DNA from: a virus
Lineage: Duplodnaviria > Caudoviricetes
Direction: 5' to 3' (one strand)
DNA length: 55,746 nt
Virus record (IMG/VR): IMGVR_UViG_3300033407_000020
Span: 1 to 55,746 of that record
Shown in pieces: positions 17,448-27,062 of the stretch. The position numbers and the translations under genes are program-made. The notes under the pieces were generated by a model that searched no databases, was not told the DNA's origin, and saw only the letters and a list, made by a program, of their open reading frames with translations. Position 1 is the stretch's first letter, and the number at the start of each line of letters is the position of its first letter.

Positions 17448-18980
17448 CTAGCGGCGCAACCCGTCGAGGGCGTGCTCCGCGGCCAGGGGTGTCAGGTGAC
17501 GGGTGCGAAGCTCGACCTTGCGGATCAGCGCCAGCATCTCGACCTGCTCCGGGCTCGGCTGCGACTCCATCAGTGCCGCCCCGAACGCGCGGATCAGACC
17601 GCGGCCTGCCATCGCTCGGCGCTGGCACTCGGGGCAGCGCTGCACAATCCCCGCTGCGACCAGCGACTGCTGCACGCCGTCGAGCGAGAACGCGGACGCG
17701 GCGAGCGACGCCATCGCCAGATGCACGCCCGACGAAGCGACGAGTTCGCGCGCTATCGGGAACCCAGGGATGTTCACGGCTAGCGCGCCGATGAACTCCA
17801 GGCCCGCGCCGATGCGCCGCCAGTCCCCAGACAGGCTCGACGCCCGGATGACCTGGAGCTGGAGGTCCGTGACGCCGGGGCGGATCACGCCCGCGGTCCA
17901 CACGCCGAGCGCCCCGTTGCTGGCGCGCACGTCAGCGAACCCGAGGCCGGTGTGGGCGTAGTGGTCGCGCGCCTCGGCAGCGAGCAGGTCGGCGTCAGCA
18001 TGGTCGGTCGCCATCGTGAGCGGCCCAGTCGCCAGGGTCGAACCGTCGTCGCACTCCACTGAGCCGTGATGGAAGTGCGCGTACCCGCTGACCGACTCGG
18101 GGGCGGTCACGCACTGGCCGGGGTAGCCGACGTGGCACTGGCCCCAACGGGCCGCGTGACCGAAGCACCAGCGCACCCCGTCGCGCTCAACGACCGTGAA
18201 CGGCACGGCCAGCCCGCCGTCAGGCTGCTCGACCAGCAGCTCCTGCACGGGCATCCCGTAGACGGAGCCGTCGTCCTCCGCGCCAGGTTCGGGCTCGGGC
18301 AGGTGGAACGCTGCAGCGGGAGGGCGGGTCAGCGTGGTCGTGCGCGCAGGCGCCGCGGCAGCGGTCCTCGCCTCCGGTGCGGGCGCTTCCTCCTCCTCTG
18401 CGGGCTCGTCGTCCACGAGCTCGATCCATGCGGACGTGAATGCCGATACGGCGCAGGCCGTCGCCCCGCGAATCCTCATCCGGGTGTAGCGCTCGATGAG
18501 CATGTCGCTGGCGTCGCTGAACATGAGCTCGCCGCCCTCCGGGGACGGGTCGCCCGCCGCCGCGGTGACACGCTGCGGCACCTGGCCGCGGCCGGCGTGC
18601 GCCAGCAGCAACTCCTCCTCGCTGTCCTCGCCCATCCACAGGAGATCCACAGCCCAGTCGTCCGGGTCGATGCTCACCAGTTGGCGTGAACCGTGCGACG
18701 CAAGGCCCGCGTCCATGCGGCGCACCAGCTCCACACCGTCAGGCTGCCCATCATCGATCTGGCCCTCACCGATGAGGTCGCCGTTCTCGGCGCGGCTGAT
18801 CGACTCGATGATCCCGACCTGCGGGGCCTGCATGACGGCGTTCACATGCTGGTCACCGCCGACGATGAAGCCGAACGGCAGCGGCAGCTCCGGCCACGTC
18901 ACGGCGCCCGGCTCGATCACGCGACCGTCCCCGGTCTGCACGCCTTCTGTCACGAGCGGGCCACGGAATCGGCGGGGCAT
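17448..18980 (-). CDS. Capsid maturation protease
   Basis: TGDGR, GHAARWGQCHVG, CVTAP and LSGDWR motifs. Lies between portal and capsid. Confidence 0.85.
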   Translation of the reverse strand: MPRRFRGPLVTEGVQTGDGRVIEPGAVTWPELPLPFGFIVGGDQHVNAVMQAPQVGIIESISRAENGDLIGEGQIDDGQPDGVELVRRMDAGLASHGSRQLVSIDPDDWAVDLLWMGEDSEEELLLAHAGRGQVPQRVTAAAGDPSPEGGELMFSDASDMLIERYTRMRIRGATACAVSAFTSAWIELVDDEPAEEEEAPAPEARTAAAAPARTTTLTRPPAAAFHLPEPEPGAEDDGSVYGMPVQELLVEQPDGGLAVPFTVVERDGVRWCFGHAARWGQCHVGYPGQCVTAPESVSGYAHFHHGSVECDDGSTLATGPLTMATDHADADLLAAEARDHYAHTGLGFADVRASNGALGVWTAGVIRPGVTDLQLQVIRASSLSGDWRRIGAGLEFIGALAVNIPGFPIARELVASSGVHLAMASLAASAFSLDGVQQSLVAAGIVQRCPECQRRAMAGRGLIRAFGAALMESQPSPEQVEMLALIRKVELRTRHLTPLAAEHALDGLRR

Positions 18981-19006
18981 GACTACCTCCAGGGGATGAG
19001 CCGAGG

Positions 19007-21505
19007 CTACGGCATCTCACTGACCGGGAGAACGACCGGGGTGTCGGCGGGGATGAGGAAGGGCACGCTGTCGCACTGGCAGCCGAAGTGGTCGCCGGGG
19101 AAGTAGAACCCGAACGGGGGCCAGCCCGACCCGTTGACCATCTCTGGGGAGTCGTAGCTGGCGAACTCCTGCCCGTCGAGCGACAGGTGCGGCTGGAAGT
19201 TCTGGCGGCGTAGGCCCGGCCCGTAGACCCAGCGGTAGCCCTTGAACTGGACCCCGGCGTCGCGCATCTCGGTGTGCAGGAGCTCGCCGGTCCCGATGCC
19301 TCCAGCGGGGCGCGTCCCAGCATCCGCGAGGGTCACGAAGTCGCCGCCGACCTCGGTGGCGCTCAGGCCGGTTGCGCCCCCGGCGCGGGCGATGGCCTGG
19401 CGGACCATGCCGGTCGGGACCCTGAGCATCGGGTCGTGCTCGCCCACCTCCGGTGCCGCGGGGTCAGGGTCGTAGAGGCGGGCCAGGGCCAGCACGCCGA
19501 GCGCACCAGCGAACCACGTCCACGCGTTCGACAGATCCTCGGCCTGGCGCTCCTCGATCACGCTGCGCTCCGTCGCGCTGAACCCGCCTGACGCTTCGCT
19601 CGCCAGGTCGAGGGCACGCTCCTGGGTCACGCCACCCCACGCTGCGAACAGCAGCCCGAGCGCATCCCAGGCGCCCTCCAGCGGGTCGTCGTCCTCCATC
19701 ACCTGCGCTACCAGGGTGGCGCCCAGATGCGCGAACGACTGGCGAGCGGGCACGTTGCGGAGCGTGGCCCGCAGGTCGGTGCGAAGAGCACGGGAGCGCA
19801 GCACGTTCCCGGCGCGTTCCAGCGCCCGGCTCATCGCGTCGTTCGCGGCGACGACCAGCGCTGTGCGGAGCTCGCGGTCGAGGTCCATGAGGGCACGCCC
19901 GTAGTCGCGCTGCCCTGCCGCGCTGACGGTGCGGACCGCGCTGGCTGGCAGGTCCAGAGTGTGACCGTTCGTACAAGCAGGTTGCGAACCCGTCAGCAAC
20001 TGGAGCAGCGCCGAGCGTGCGTCGGTATCCGGCGCGGGGGCTTCCCCGTCGCCCTCCGGTGCCGCATCGACCTCGATCGGCACGCCGAGCAGGTCAAGCA
20101 GCGCCTCAGTGATATCGGAGCCGATCAGACCGCGCCGCAACCCGGCACGTATCAGCATCTCTACCTCGTCGGGAGCGTCGTCATCGCCGTAGCCCTTCGC
20201 TGCACGGTAGGACGCCAGGCTGATCGCGTAGCGGTCGAAGGCCAGTTCGGCGTTCTTCTCCTTGTCGGGCTGCGAGATCAGTTCGGACGGGTCGTACCAG
20301 ACGAACATGCGCTCAGCCCACTCGGGGCCGACCGCGGGGTTGGCGACGAGCTGCGGGGTCAGGAACGCGAAGGTCAGGTTGTCCATCGTCACGTCAGCGG
20401 AGGGCCGCAGGTAGTTGTCGAACTCCTTGCGGTCGATCGTGGCGGCGTTGGCGAACGTCGTCTGCTGTAAGCCCATCACGACCTCGACCGGGAGGTTGAT
20501 GCCACGGGCGATGCGCTGCACGCGCGCCTCGATCTTCGCTTCGAGCACGGTGTCCATGTCGGAGTCGTAGAAGCTGATGCGGCGCAGCATGTCGGGCCCG
20601 ATGAACTCGGCAGGGCCGCGCAGCACGCCGGGTTGCACGGTCGAAGGGTCGGACGGGTTGTCGATGGGCCGCACGAGAATGTCGTTGAGGGCCTGGTTGA
20701 GCGGGTCGCCCTCAGCGGCGCCGTCCTCGTCGGGGGCGGTCGGGTTCTCGGGACCGAATGAAAGCTCGTTAGCGACGACGAACAGCCCGGCGCTGACCGA
20801 GCGCATCGCCTGGGCGAGCACCTGCTGGGTCAGCACCTGGAGCGTGCGGCACTCTCCGAGCAGGCCGCGCGTTGGTGAGTGCGGCCGGTTGCTCCACTGC
20901 GGGTCGCGCAACCAGAGGCGCATGATGTCGTCGCGCCCGGCGACTAGCGGGATGGGGTCCATGTCGTCCGGCCCACGCTTGATCTTGTAGACGCCGCCCT
21001 GCTCTACGACCTCGCTGATCGACTTGATCGTCCACGACTCGGGGACTTCGACCTCTGTCTCGACGCCGCTGATCGACTGAATCTCAGCGTGGGCGCCGAT
21101 GCCCACGAGGTACGCCTCGCCCGCCACGTCAATGTTGACCGAGAGCTGCCTTATGACCTCGGCCTGCCCACCGAACTCGCCACGCAGGCGGGCCAACTCG
21201 TCGCTCGCCGCTGCGGCAACGGGGGCGGGCACACCGCTGGCCTCGTCCGTGACGGGCACCGGGTCGCCCTTCGGGTCGGTCGGGTTCTCGACAGCGACGA
21301 ACAGGCGCAGCTTCGCCAACTGGTCGCCCCGGTACGTCAGCGACTCACCCAACTCAGGAACCTCGTAGAAGTAGGCCCAGGCTTCCTTCTGCCATTTCTC
21401 GGGCGGGGTGGCCTGCTTCTGCGCGAGGCGGCGGTTTGATAGGTCGATGACCTTGGCCGCTGCGACCAGCGCGTTCGGCTGGGAAGGGGTCGCGCGCCGA
21501 GCCAT
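19007..21505 (-). CDS. Portal protein fused to a MuF-like C-terminal domain
   Basis: WQKEAW...VPEL N-terminus, portal core and C-terminal HLSLDG...PGDHFGCQC. Confidence 0.85.
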   Translation of the reverse strand: MARRATPSQPNALVAAAKVIDLSNRRLAQKQATPPEKWQKEAWAYFYEVPELGESLTYRGDQLAKLRLFVAVENPTDPKGDPVPVTDEASGVPAPVAAAASDELARLRGEFGGQAEVIRQLSVNIDVAGEAYLVGIGAHAEIQSISGVETEVEVPESWTIKSISEVVEQGGVYKIKRGPDDMDPIPLVAGRDDIMRLWLRDPQWSNRPHSPTRGLLGECRTLQVLTQQVLAQAMRSVSAGLFVVANELSFGPENPTAPDEDGAAEGDPLNQALNDILVRPIDNPSDPSTVQPGVLRGPAEFIGPDMLRRISFYDSDMDTVLEAKIEARVQRIARGINLPVEVVMGLQQTTFANAATIDRKEFDNYLRPSADVTMDNLTFAFLTPQLVANPAVGPEWAERMFVWYDPSELISQPDKEKNAELAFDRYAISLASYRAAKGYGDDDAPDEVEMLIRAGLRRGLIGSDITEALLDLLGVPIEVDAAPEGDGEAPAPDTDARSALLQLLTGSQPACTNGHTLDLPASAVRTVSAAGQRDYGRALMDLDRELRTALVVAANDAMSRALERAGNVLRSRALRTDLRATLRNVPARQSFAHLGATLVAQVMEDDDPLEGAWDALGLLFAAWGGVTQERALDLASEASGGFSATERSVIEERQAEDLSNAWTWFAGALGVLALARLYDPDPAAPEVGEHDPMLRVPTGMVRQAIARAGGATGLSATEVGGDFVTLADAGTRPAGGIGTGELLHTEMRDAGVQFKGYRWVYGPGLRRQNFQPHLSLDGQEFASYDSPEMVNGSGWPPFGFYFPGDHFGCQCDSVPFLIPADTPVVLPVSEMP

Positions 21506-21568
21506 CGGCGCTGACTCTACGACACGCGCCCTGTCATGCGGGGCACAGTGGGGCGCGGTGGGGCAGCG

Positions 21569-21934
21569 TCAGCCGCGCTCGGCGTTGTTGAGCAGCCCGG
21601 CGATAGCGGCAAGCGCCAGGGTGTCAGCGAGCGGCCCCCAGTGGCGGGGAGCTAGGCGGCGGGCAGCGACGACGCCTGCGGCCAGCCACACCGACGCGCA
21701 GACGGGGCAGGTGGCGAGCGTGGCGAGCATGGGCGGGTCGTCGTCCTCGCGGGCGTGCTCGGCCCACGCTCCGGGCACTTCAGGGATGGGGCGTTCGATG
21801 GCCTCGCGCCCTGCGTGGCGGTAGCGGGAGCGCACCAGGGCGTCGCGTGGCCGGTCGAGCAGACGGTCCTGCGTGGCGAGGCGGGCGAGCCTGAAGGTGG
21901 CGAGCCCGTCTACGAGCAGGCTCGGCGGGCGCAC
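21569..21934 (-). CDS. DUF1360-like membrane protein
   Basis: LATFRLARL..D and L.TCPVCASVW. SD GGAGG before GTG 21934. Confidence 0.75.
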   Translation of the reverse strand: MRPPSLLVDGLATFRLARLATQDRLLDRPRDALVRSRYRHAGREAIERPIPEVPGAWAEHAREDDDPPMLATLATCPVCASVWLAAGVVAARRLAPRHWGPLADTLALAAIAGLLNNAERG

Positions 21935-22479
21935 GCCTCCCCGATCTCGTAGCCATGACCCCACGAATCCCAACCCAGGCGTGGTGCACGGGCGAACAGC
22001 TCCACGTACGGGCCAGGACTCACCCGCTCCACGAGGTCGCCGAACGCGTCCGGCTTCACCGAGTGGGCACGGCGGTCCCACTCAAACCACGTCGTGTCGA
22101 TCCGGTCCAGAGGCCGCTGTGATCCTCGACGACAGAACAACACGAACTCGGTCGTGTTGGAGAACGCCCCACCCGGCCCGATCCCTCGCGGCGTCTTACA
22201 CCACGTCAACGTCTGCGAGTGCCGGAACCCCCAGGCCGTCGCCACGTCGAACGACGCACGGAGGTAGCGGTTCGTGGTCCACAGCCAAAGGTGTGCGTCA
22301 TCGTCTGCGAGGTCCCGGACGGGGAGCGCCATGATCTCGTCAAGCGGCATCATCGAGTACGGCGGGGGTCGCAGCGGTCCCCAGCCCGTCGTCGGCCCCC
22401 CCTGCTCGTAGTGCCAGGGTGGGTCGGCGACGATCGTTGAGTACGGCGGGCTCAACTCAGCGAAGATGTCGCCGCTCAT
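21910..22479 (-). CDS. MT-A70-family adenine methyltransferase
   Basis: IVADPPW, LWLWTTN, WGF, TWCK, HSVKP, ELFAR and GWDSWG motifs. Confidence 0.93.
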   Translation of the reverse strand: MSGDIFAELSPPYSTIVADPPWHYEQGGPTTGWGPLRPPPYSMMPLDEIMALPVRDLADDDAHLWLWTTNRYLRASFDVATAWGFRHSQTLTWCKTPRGIGPGGAFSNTTEFVLFCRRGSQRPLDRIDTTWFEWDRRAHSVKPDAFGDLVERVSPGPYVELFARAPRLGWDSWGHGYEIGEACARRACS

Positions 22480-22733
22480 CGCCCGCCGCTGCAATTGCAC
22501 CGCTTCGTGACGTGCCAGGTCGTCGCGTCCGGGCCGACGATCATCCAGTCACGGCTCGACGCCCGCTCCAGGGTCGCTACCGGCATCTGGTCGATCACGC
22601 GCCCGCCCTGCTTCACGACCGCCATGCCGTCGCGCACCGAGGCGGTCACAGCCTTGTGCGTGATGGGCTCGCCTCCTGCTGGGGTGACGGTGACCTCGGC
22701 GCGGGACAGCGCCATGCGGTAGGCGCCCGCCAT
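22476..22733 (-). CDS. Hypothetical protein
   Basis: GC-biased codons. Stop overlaps the MT-A70 start. Ends in CNC. Confidence 0.6.
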   Translation of the reverse strand: MAGAYRMALSRAEVTVTPAGGEPITHKAVTASVRDGMAVVKQGGRVIDQMPVATLERASSRDWMIVGPDATTWHVTKRCNCSGGR

Positions 22734-22895
22734 GACTAGCGGCGCGTCCTCGGCCAGCGAAACCAAAAGGCGACAGGGAGCAGCGGGCGACCCAAGACGC
22801 GGGGCGGGCGATGCTTCCGCTTGGGCACGTCGCGGTCGCGTCTGGCGCGATCTTCACGCTCCACCCGCTGCCCACCTGTCACACACCGCACCCTA

Positions 22896-23294
22896 CTAGG
22901 CCGCTACGACAAGCGCCGCGGCGCGCGCCTCGACCTCACGGGCGATAGCCGCCAGGTTCACCGCGATCGCAACCGGGGGCGCGTCACCATCATCGGGCGT
23001 CCAGATGCCGCTCTCACCGACGAGGAGCGTCGTCGCGTCCCACTCGTCCGCGGACCAGTCGCCCAGCACCGTTGCGAGCTCGTCTAGCAGGCTGATGCGC
23101 GCGTGACCGCCGACGCGAGCGAGGACAGCGAGCACCATGACCTGCTGCCACGTCCAGCGTCGCCACGACCCGGAGCCGCGCGCCTCGACAGCGGGCCGCA
23201 CAGTCCCGATCCGGCACCAGTAGTCGAGCTGTCGAAAGGTGATGCCCGCGAGGCGGGCGGCCTCGTGGCTGGAGAACTGTCGGGTCGTGTCCAC
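22896..23294 (-). CDS. MerR-family HTH regulator
   Basis: AARLAGITFRQLDYW.R...P....GSGS.RRW. Confidence 0.85.
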   Translation of the reverse strand: MDTTRQFSSHEAARLAGITFRQLDYWCRIGTVRPAVEARGSGSWRRWTWQQVMVLAVLARVGGHARISLLDELATVLGDWSADEWDATTLLVGESGIWTPDDGDAPPVAIAVNLAAIAREVEARAAALVVAA

Positions 23295-23381
23295 AGCGGC
23301 CTTCCTCGGTGGTGGGTGGTTTGTGGGGGAGCCTGCTACCTATCGTAGCGCGCTAAGTCACACCGTCGTAGGCTCTTCCGC

Positions 23382-23900
23382 ATGTTTCGATCTGGTTACC
23401 TAATCCTCCTTCTGGCGGTCGTGCTCATCCTCGTGGCGTGCGGCGAGCGGCCCGTCGAAGTCGACGCAGCCGCGGACCCTGCGCCCGTCGCCATCGTCTA
23501 CGACGAGGCCCGCTGGCGGCGACCGCCACTCACCACGACGAGCACGACCGCTGTGCCGACCACGACCACGACCGCTCCACGGCCGCGCCCCAAGCCGTCG
23601 AGTCCGACGACCACCGCCAGCGGCGACGGGTGCGGGGGCTGGGCATCGACGCTCGCCGCGCACTTTCCGCCCGAGCAGATCGGGCAGGGCTGCCGCGTGA
23701 TGATGTGCGAGAGCCGCGGGAACCCGCTGGCTGACAACCCGCGGTCGAGCGCGTCAGGGTTGTTCCAGGCGCTCGACTCCACATGGGCCGGGTGGGGCGG
23801 CTACCAGCGGGCTCTGCACGCCCCCCCAGGAGTGCAGGTCGAGCACGCTGCGGCGCTCTGGCGGTCGCGTGGCTGGCAACCGTGGGCGGCGTGCGCGTGA
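23382..23900 (+). CDS. Secreted/lipoprotein lytic transglycosylase (SLT/Rpf-like)
   Basis: Signal peptide with LVAC lipobox, Thr/Pro linker, CESRGNP.A.N..S.ASGLFQ...TW and GWQPW. Confidence 0.85.
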   Translation: MFRSGYLILLLAVVLILVACGERPVEVDAAADPAPVAIVYDEARWRRPPLTTTSTTAVPTTTTTAPRPRPKPSSPTTTASGDGCGGWASTLAAHFPPEQIGQGCRVMMCESRGNPLADNPRSSASGLFQALDSTWAGWGGYQRALHAPPGVQVEHAAALWRSRGWQPWAACA

Positions 23901-24034
23901 GCGAACCGTGCCCCTACGGCTGCACGCTGGACCGCGGCCAGCACCGCCCCCAGTGCCAGCTCTACTGCGAGCGGCCCGACACGCTACTCGGCGTGCCCCC
24001 ACCCCCTGAGCCCGAGCCGCCCGTCGATCAGTAG
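23897..24034 (+). CDS. Small Cys/Pro-rich hypothetical protein
   Basis: GTGA overlap with the upstream gene. Confidence 0.45.
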   Translation: MSEPCPYGCTLDRGQHRPQCQLYCERPDTLLGVPPPPEPEPPVDQ

Positions 24035-24327
24035 TCGGGGGGAGCGATGTCAGGACCGGCAGCCGAGCGGCTGATCGTCGCGACACCCTCGGGCAACTCC
24101 GCTGCTGCGTTGCCAAGGCGGACAGAGCCCGCTGCGATGACCTCGATGCGGTCCGCGTCGAACCAGTGGCCGTCGCGCAACTTGCCATCCTCCCCGACAG
24201 GTGGGCTGATGAGCACCTGCTCGCAGCCGGTCAGGTAGCGGCACTCGCCGGTGATGATGCCCTGGTACCCGGTTATCACGTCCCGAGCGAGGTCGCCTAG
24301 ATGGACTGGTGCGGTGATGGTTTCCAT
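24028..24327 (-). CDS. Hypothetical phage protein
   Basis: LGD..RD.ITG..G......YLTGC....P...W.D pattern, a common small phage family. TAGGGT upstream. Confidence 0.7.
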   Translation of the reverse strand: METITAPVHLGDLARDVITGYQGIITGECRYLTGCEQVLISPPVGEDGKLRDGHWFDADRIEVIAAGSVRLGNAAAELPEGVATISRSAAGPDIAPPDY

Positions 24328-24340
24328 GAGCCCGACCCTA

Positions 24341-26071
24341 CTAGCGGCGCCCTCGGCCCGGTAGGCGCCGAGCAGACGGGGCGCTCACGCTCGCCCGCTG
24401 CCCGCCCCCAGTCACGGTCGGCGCCGCGGTGCGGTGCGCTCCCGGTGTCGGCGCCGGGGTCACACCCGTAGCGACCTTCACCGACGCGACACCCGTCCCG
24501 AGTCGCTGCAATGCCTGGCTCATCGCGTCCACTTGGTCATCGTGCGTGCCGTTCGGGAACGCGGCGAGCTCGTCTAGCAGGTGCGGCAGCCACTCCGTGT
24601 AGGCGGGCAGGTGGACGTTCCCGGCCTCCGCGGCTGGGGCGATGTGCGTGCGTGCCCGGACCTGCTTGTCGCCCTGCGGTGGGTGACCGATGATGCCGCT
24701 CATGCCGCGGCGGCGCAGCTGCTCGACGGCTCGGGCCTCCTCGGCGTTCATGCCGAGCCTGCCTGCCATCTCGACCGTGACCTCGTAGTCGGGCTGGGGC
24801 TGGCGCAGCTTCGGGGCCACGTCATCCCAGGAGCCCGCTGTCTCCACGACGTGAGCCTTGACCTCGGGGTGCCGGACCGCCATGAGCGCGATCGCGTTAG
24901 CGGTCGAGGCGTGATCCCACTGGCCGCGCAGCTGGTCGCGCATCCAGTAGTCGCCCCCGGTGCGCCACCAGCACTGGCCGACCACGTAGTCGCCCTGCTC
25001 CTTGTCCTTCAGCTTCAGGTCCCAGGAGGTCAGCGACTGGTCGGGCGCGGCGGGCGGCTGCTCGTAGAGCTGGAACCAGGAGCGCAGCAGGTCGGTGCCT
25101 TCCTCCGGGGTCGGGTCCTGCTGCTGGAGTGCGCTGAACAGGTAGGAGCCCATGCCGAGGCGCTGCTGTTCGATGAACGCCACGCTGAACCGCTCGGGCA
25201 CTATCGGCTCGCCAGGCTCGCGGCCCAACACGTCACCCGCCACGGCCAGCGCTGGGATGACCGTCTGGTCCCACTGTTCCCCGGTGCCGGTGTCCGCCGC
25301 GGTGAGCAGCCTGCCGGTCATGTCGTCCTCGTGGACGCGGTGGTGGACGTGGATGATCCAGGCGCCCTCGTCGTCCAGCCGGTCGAGGAGTGTGCCCCGG
25401 TACTGGTTCCAGACGAGCTCGCGCCGGTTCTCGCTGTGGGCCTCCTGCCAGTCTTTGAACGGGTCGTCCGCGACGATCCCGCCGCCGTGGCCCGCACCGA
25501 AGCCGCGCACGGCGCCGCTCACGCCCGCGGCGAGGACACCGCCCCCGGCTCTGGTGACGAAGCGGTCCATGCGCCTGCGGCCTGGTGCCAGATGGGCGCC
25601 GGGGTGCAGCTCGTCGGCGTGGAGGGCGATGCGGTCACGGATACCCACAGCGTTCTCCACAGCCAAGCTCTTGCCGTACGACCAGAGGATGATGCGGGCC
25701 CGGCCCTCGGTGTGGTCGAGCGCCCACACCGGACCCCACTGGGAGGCGAGCAGGCTCTTGGAGTGGCGGGCAGGGATGTTCCATATCTGGCGCTTGCTCA
25801 CCCCGTCTACGGCCTCACGGAACTTGCCTGCCAGCAGGTCGACGTAGCGCCAGCGCCGGAACGCCCGGTCTAGGTGAGCGGCCATCGCTGCGGGGTCCGC
25901 GCGCCAGCCGGTGCCGTGCACCCCGGCCATGACGGCCTCCAGCATTCGGCGGTCGCTGGGCGGCAGGTGCAGCGCGAATGCTTCGAGCTCGGCGGGGGCC
26001 ATCGCTGCGAGCAGGTCGCCTAGTTCGGCTAGCGCGTCGTCCTGGGGGGGTGGGACGACACGGGCTGGCAT
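24341..26071 (-). CDS. terL: Terminase large subunit
   Basis: Walker A-like PARHSKS, IVADDP, QQDPTP, SWD and FPNGTHDDQVDA. Confidence 0.95.
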   Translation of the reverse strand: MPARVVPPPQDDALAELGDLLAAMAPAELEAFALHLPPSDRRMLEAVMAGVHGTGWRADPAAMAAHLDRAFRRWRYVDLLAGKFREAVDGVSKRQIWNIPARHSKSLLASQWGPVWALDHTEGRARIILWSYGKSLAVENAVGIRDRIALHADELHPGAHLAPGRRRMDRFVTRAGGGVLAAGVSGAVRGFGAGHGGGIVADDPFKDWQEAHSENRRELVWNQYRGTLLDRLDDEGAWIIHVHHRVHEDDMTGRLLTAADTGTGEQWDQTVIPALAVAGDVLGREPGEPIVPERFSVAFIEQQRLGMGSYLFSALQQQDPTPEEGTDLLRSWFQLYEQPPAAPDQSLTSWDLKLKDKEQGDYVVGQCWWRTGGDYWMRDQLRGQWDHASTANAIALMAVRHPEVKAHVVETAGSWDDVAPKLRQPQPDYEVTVEMAGRLGMNAEEARAVEQLRRRGMSGIIGHPPQGDKQVRARTHIAPAAEAGNVHLPAYTEWLPHLLDELAAFPNGTHDDQVDAMSQALQRLGTGVASVKVATGVTPAPTPGAHRTAAPTVTGGGQRASVSAPSARRLPGRGRR

Positions 26072-26102
26072 GGGGGGAGCCTACGACCGGGCGGCAGCGT
26101 GG

Positions 26103-26327
26103 TCAGCGTGCAACAACCATCCATGCCGTTCCGCCGAGTTCCGTACTGGCGCTCATCAGCGCCCCGCTCGCGCAGAGAGCGTCGAGTACGAGTCTCGGGT
26201 CATCCCGAAGTACGGCCATGATGTTGTCGGCGGCTTCATCAGCGTCAACGGTTGACCCGTAGCCGCCAATGTCGGCAGATCGAATGGCGGCGACTAGTTG
26301 GGCGTGCAGGTCAGACACGTCAGTCAT
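26103..26327 (-). CDS. Hypothetical protein
   Basis: SD AGGAAG. Overlaps the upstream stop. Confidence 0.55.
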   Translation of the reverse strand: MTDVSDLHAQLVAAIRSADIGGYGSTVDADEAADNIMAVLRDDPRLVLDALCASGALMSASTELGGTAWMVVAR

Positions 26328-26541
26328 GGGGTCCACCAACTTCCTTCCTCCGAGCCGTTCGGCGTCCAATGGTCTGGCCTCCATCGCGCCAGCACTCCGT
26401 CGCCGCGTCCGTAGCGTGCGCCGCTGCTCTTGCGGCATCCTCGGTGGCGTAGATCCCCACAGGCACGCTCGACACGCCGCACTCATGGCAGCCCACGTCG
26501 ATCACGACCCACACCCGTCGCTTCCCGCTGTCTGCCATCAC
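26320..26541 (-). CDS. Hypothetical protein with MADSG junction module
   Basis: 30-bp junction repeat shared with 40084-40113. Confidence 0.6.
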   Translation of the reverse strand: MMADSGKRRVWVVIDVGCHECGVSSVPVGIYATEDAARAAAHATDAATECWRDGGQTIGRRTARRKEVGGPHD

Positions 26542-26834
26542 GCCTCCCCCTCGCCAGAACTGCCGGAGAGGACCGTGAGTCGCTCGACCTCGGAGCGCAG
26601 GGCGTAGACCTCGGCCAGATGCTCGGAGGCATAGCGGCGCTCACGGTTCATGGCCTCAAACGCCATCTCCTTGCCCTGTTCGAGCACGACCTTCCAGGTC
26701 AGCAGGTCCTTCATCAGACGAATGGCGCAGTCGATGGCCCCTTCGCTCTTGCTCGGCTCGCCAGGAAAGTTGCCGGTGATGAAGGCTGCCAAGCGGTCAA
26801 ACTGGTCCTGCTCTTTCTCGCCAGTGTCAGACAT
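26538..26834 (-). CDS. Hypothetical protein
   Basis: PGEP..SEGAIDCAIRL motif. SD GAGGAGG. Confidence 0.65.
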   Translation of the reverse strand: MSDTGEKEQDQFDRLAAFITGNFPGEPSKSEGAIDCAIRLMKDLLTWKVVLEQGKEMAFEAMNRERRYASEHLAEVYALRSEVERLTVLSGSSGEGEA

Positions 26835-26880
26835 CTACGTCGCCTCCTCGGGGGGTGTGATGGTGCCAACCTTAGCACGC

Positions 26881-27039
26881 TTAGGGTTCCTCGGGCGGCG
26901 GTTCACCTGCGAGCACTCGGGCGATGGCACGGCGCAGGAACTCGCCGCGCGAGATCGCCCGGCGCTCAGCAGCGGCGTCGATGCTCGGGACCATCTCGGC
27001 GGGGACTCGAAGCGACAACAACACGAGCTTGTCAGCCAT
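26881..27039 (-). CDS. CopG/ribbon-helix-helix repressor (52 aa, not in ORF track)
   Basis: MADKLVLLSLRVPAEMVPSIDAAAERRAISRGEFLRRAI. TATCGT 6 nt before the ATG. Confidence 0.8.
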   Translation of the reverse strand: MADKLVLLSLRVPAEMVPSIDAAAERRAISRGEFLRRAIARVLAGEPPPEEP

Positions 27040-27046
27040 GCTCAGA

Positions 27047-27062
27047 CGATATCGCGATATCG
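27047..27062. promoter_or_regulatory. 16-bp perfect palindrome CGATATCGCGATATCG, probable operator
   Basis: Overlaps the -10 element of the RHH gene. Confidence 0.65.

Noticed and set aside
26044-26050. G7/C7 tracts (also near 23821 and 40874) as phase-variation sites
   Set aside because: Runs of this length are expected by chance at this GC content.
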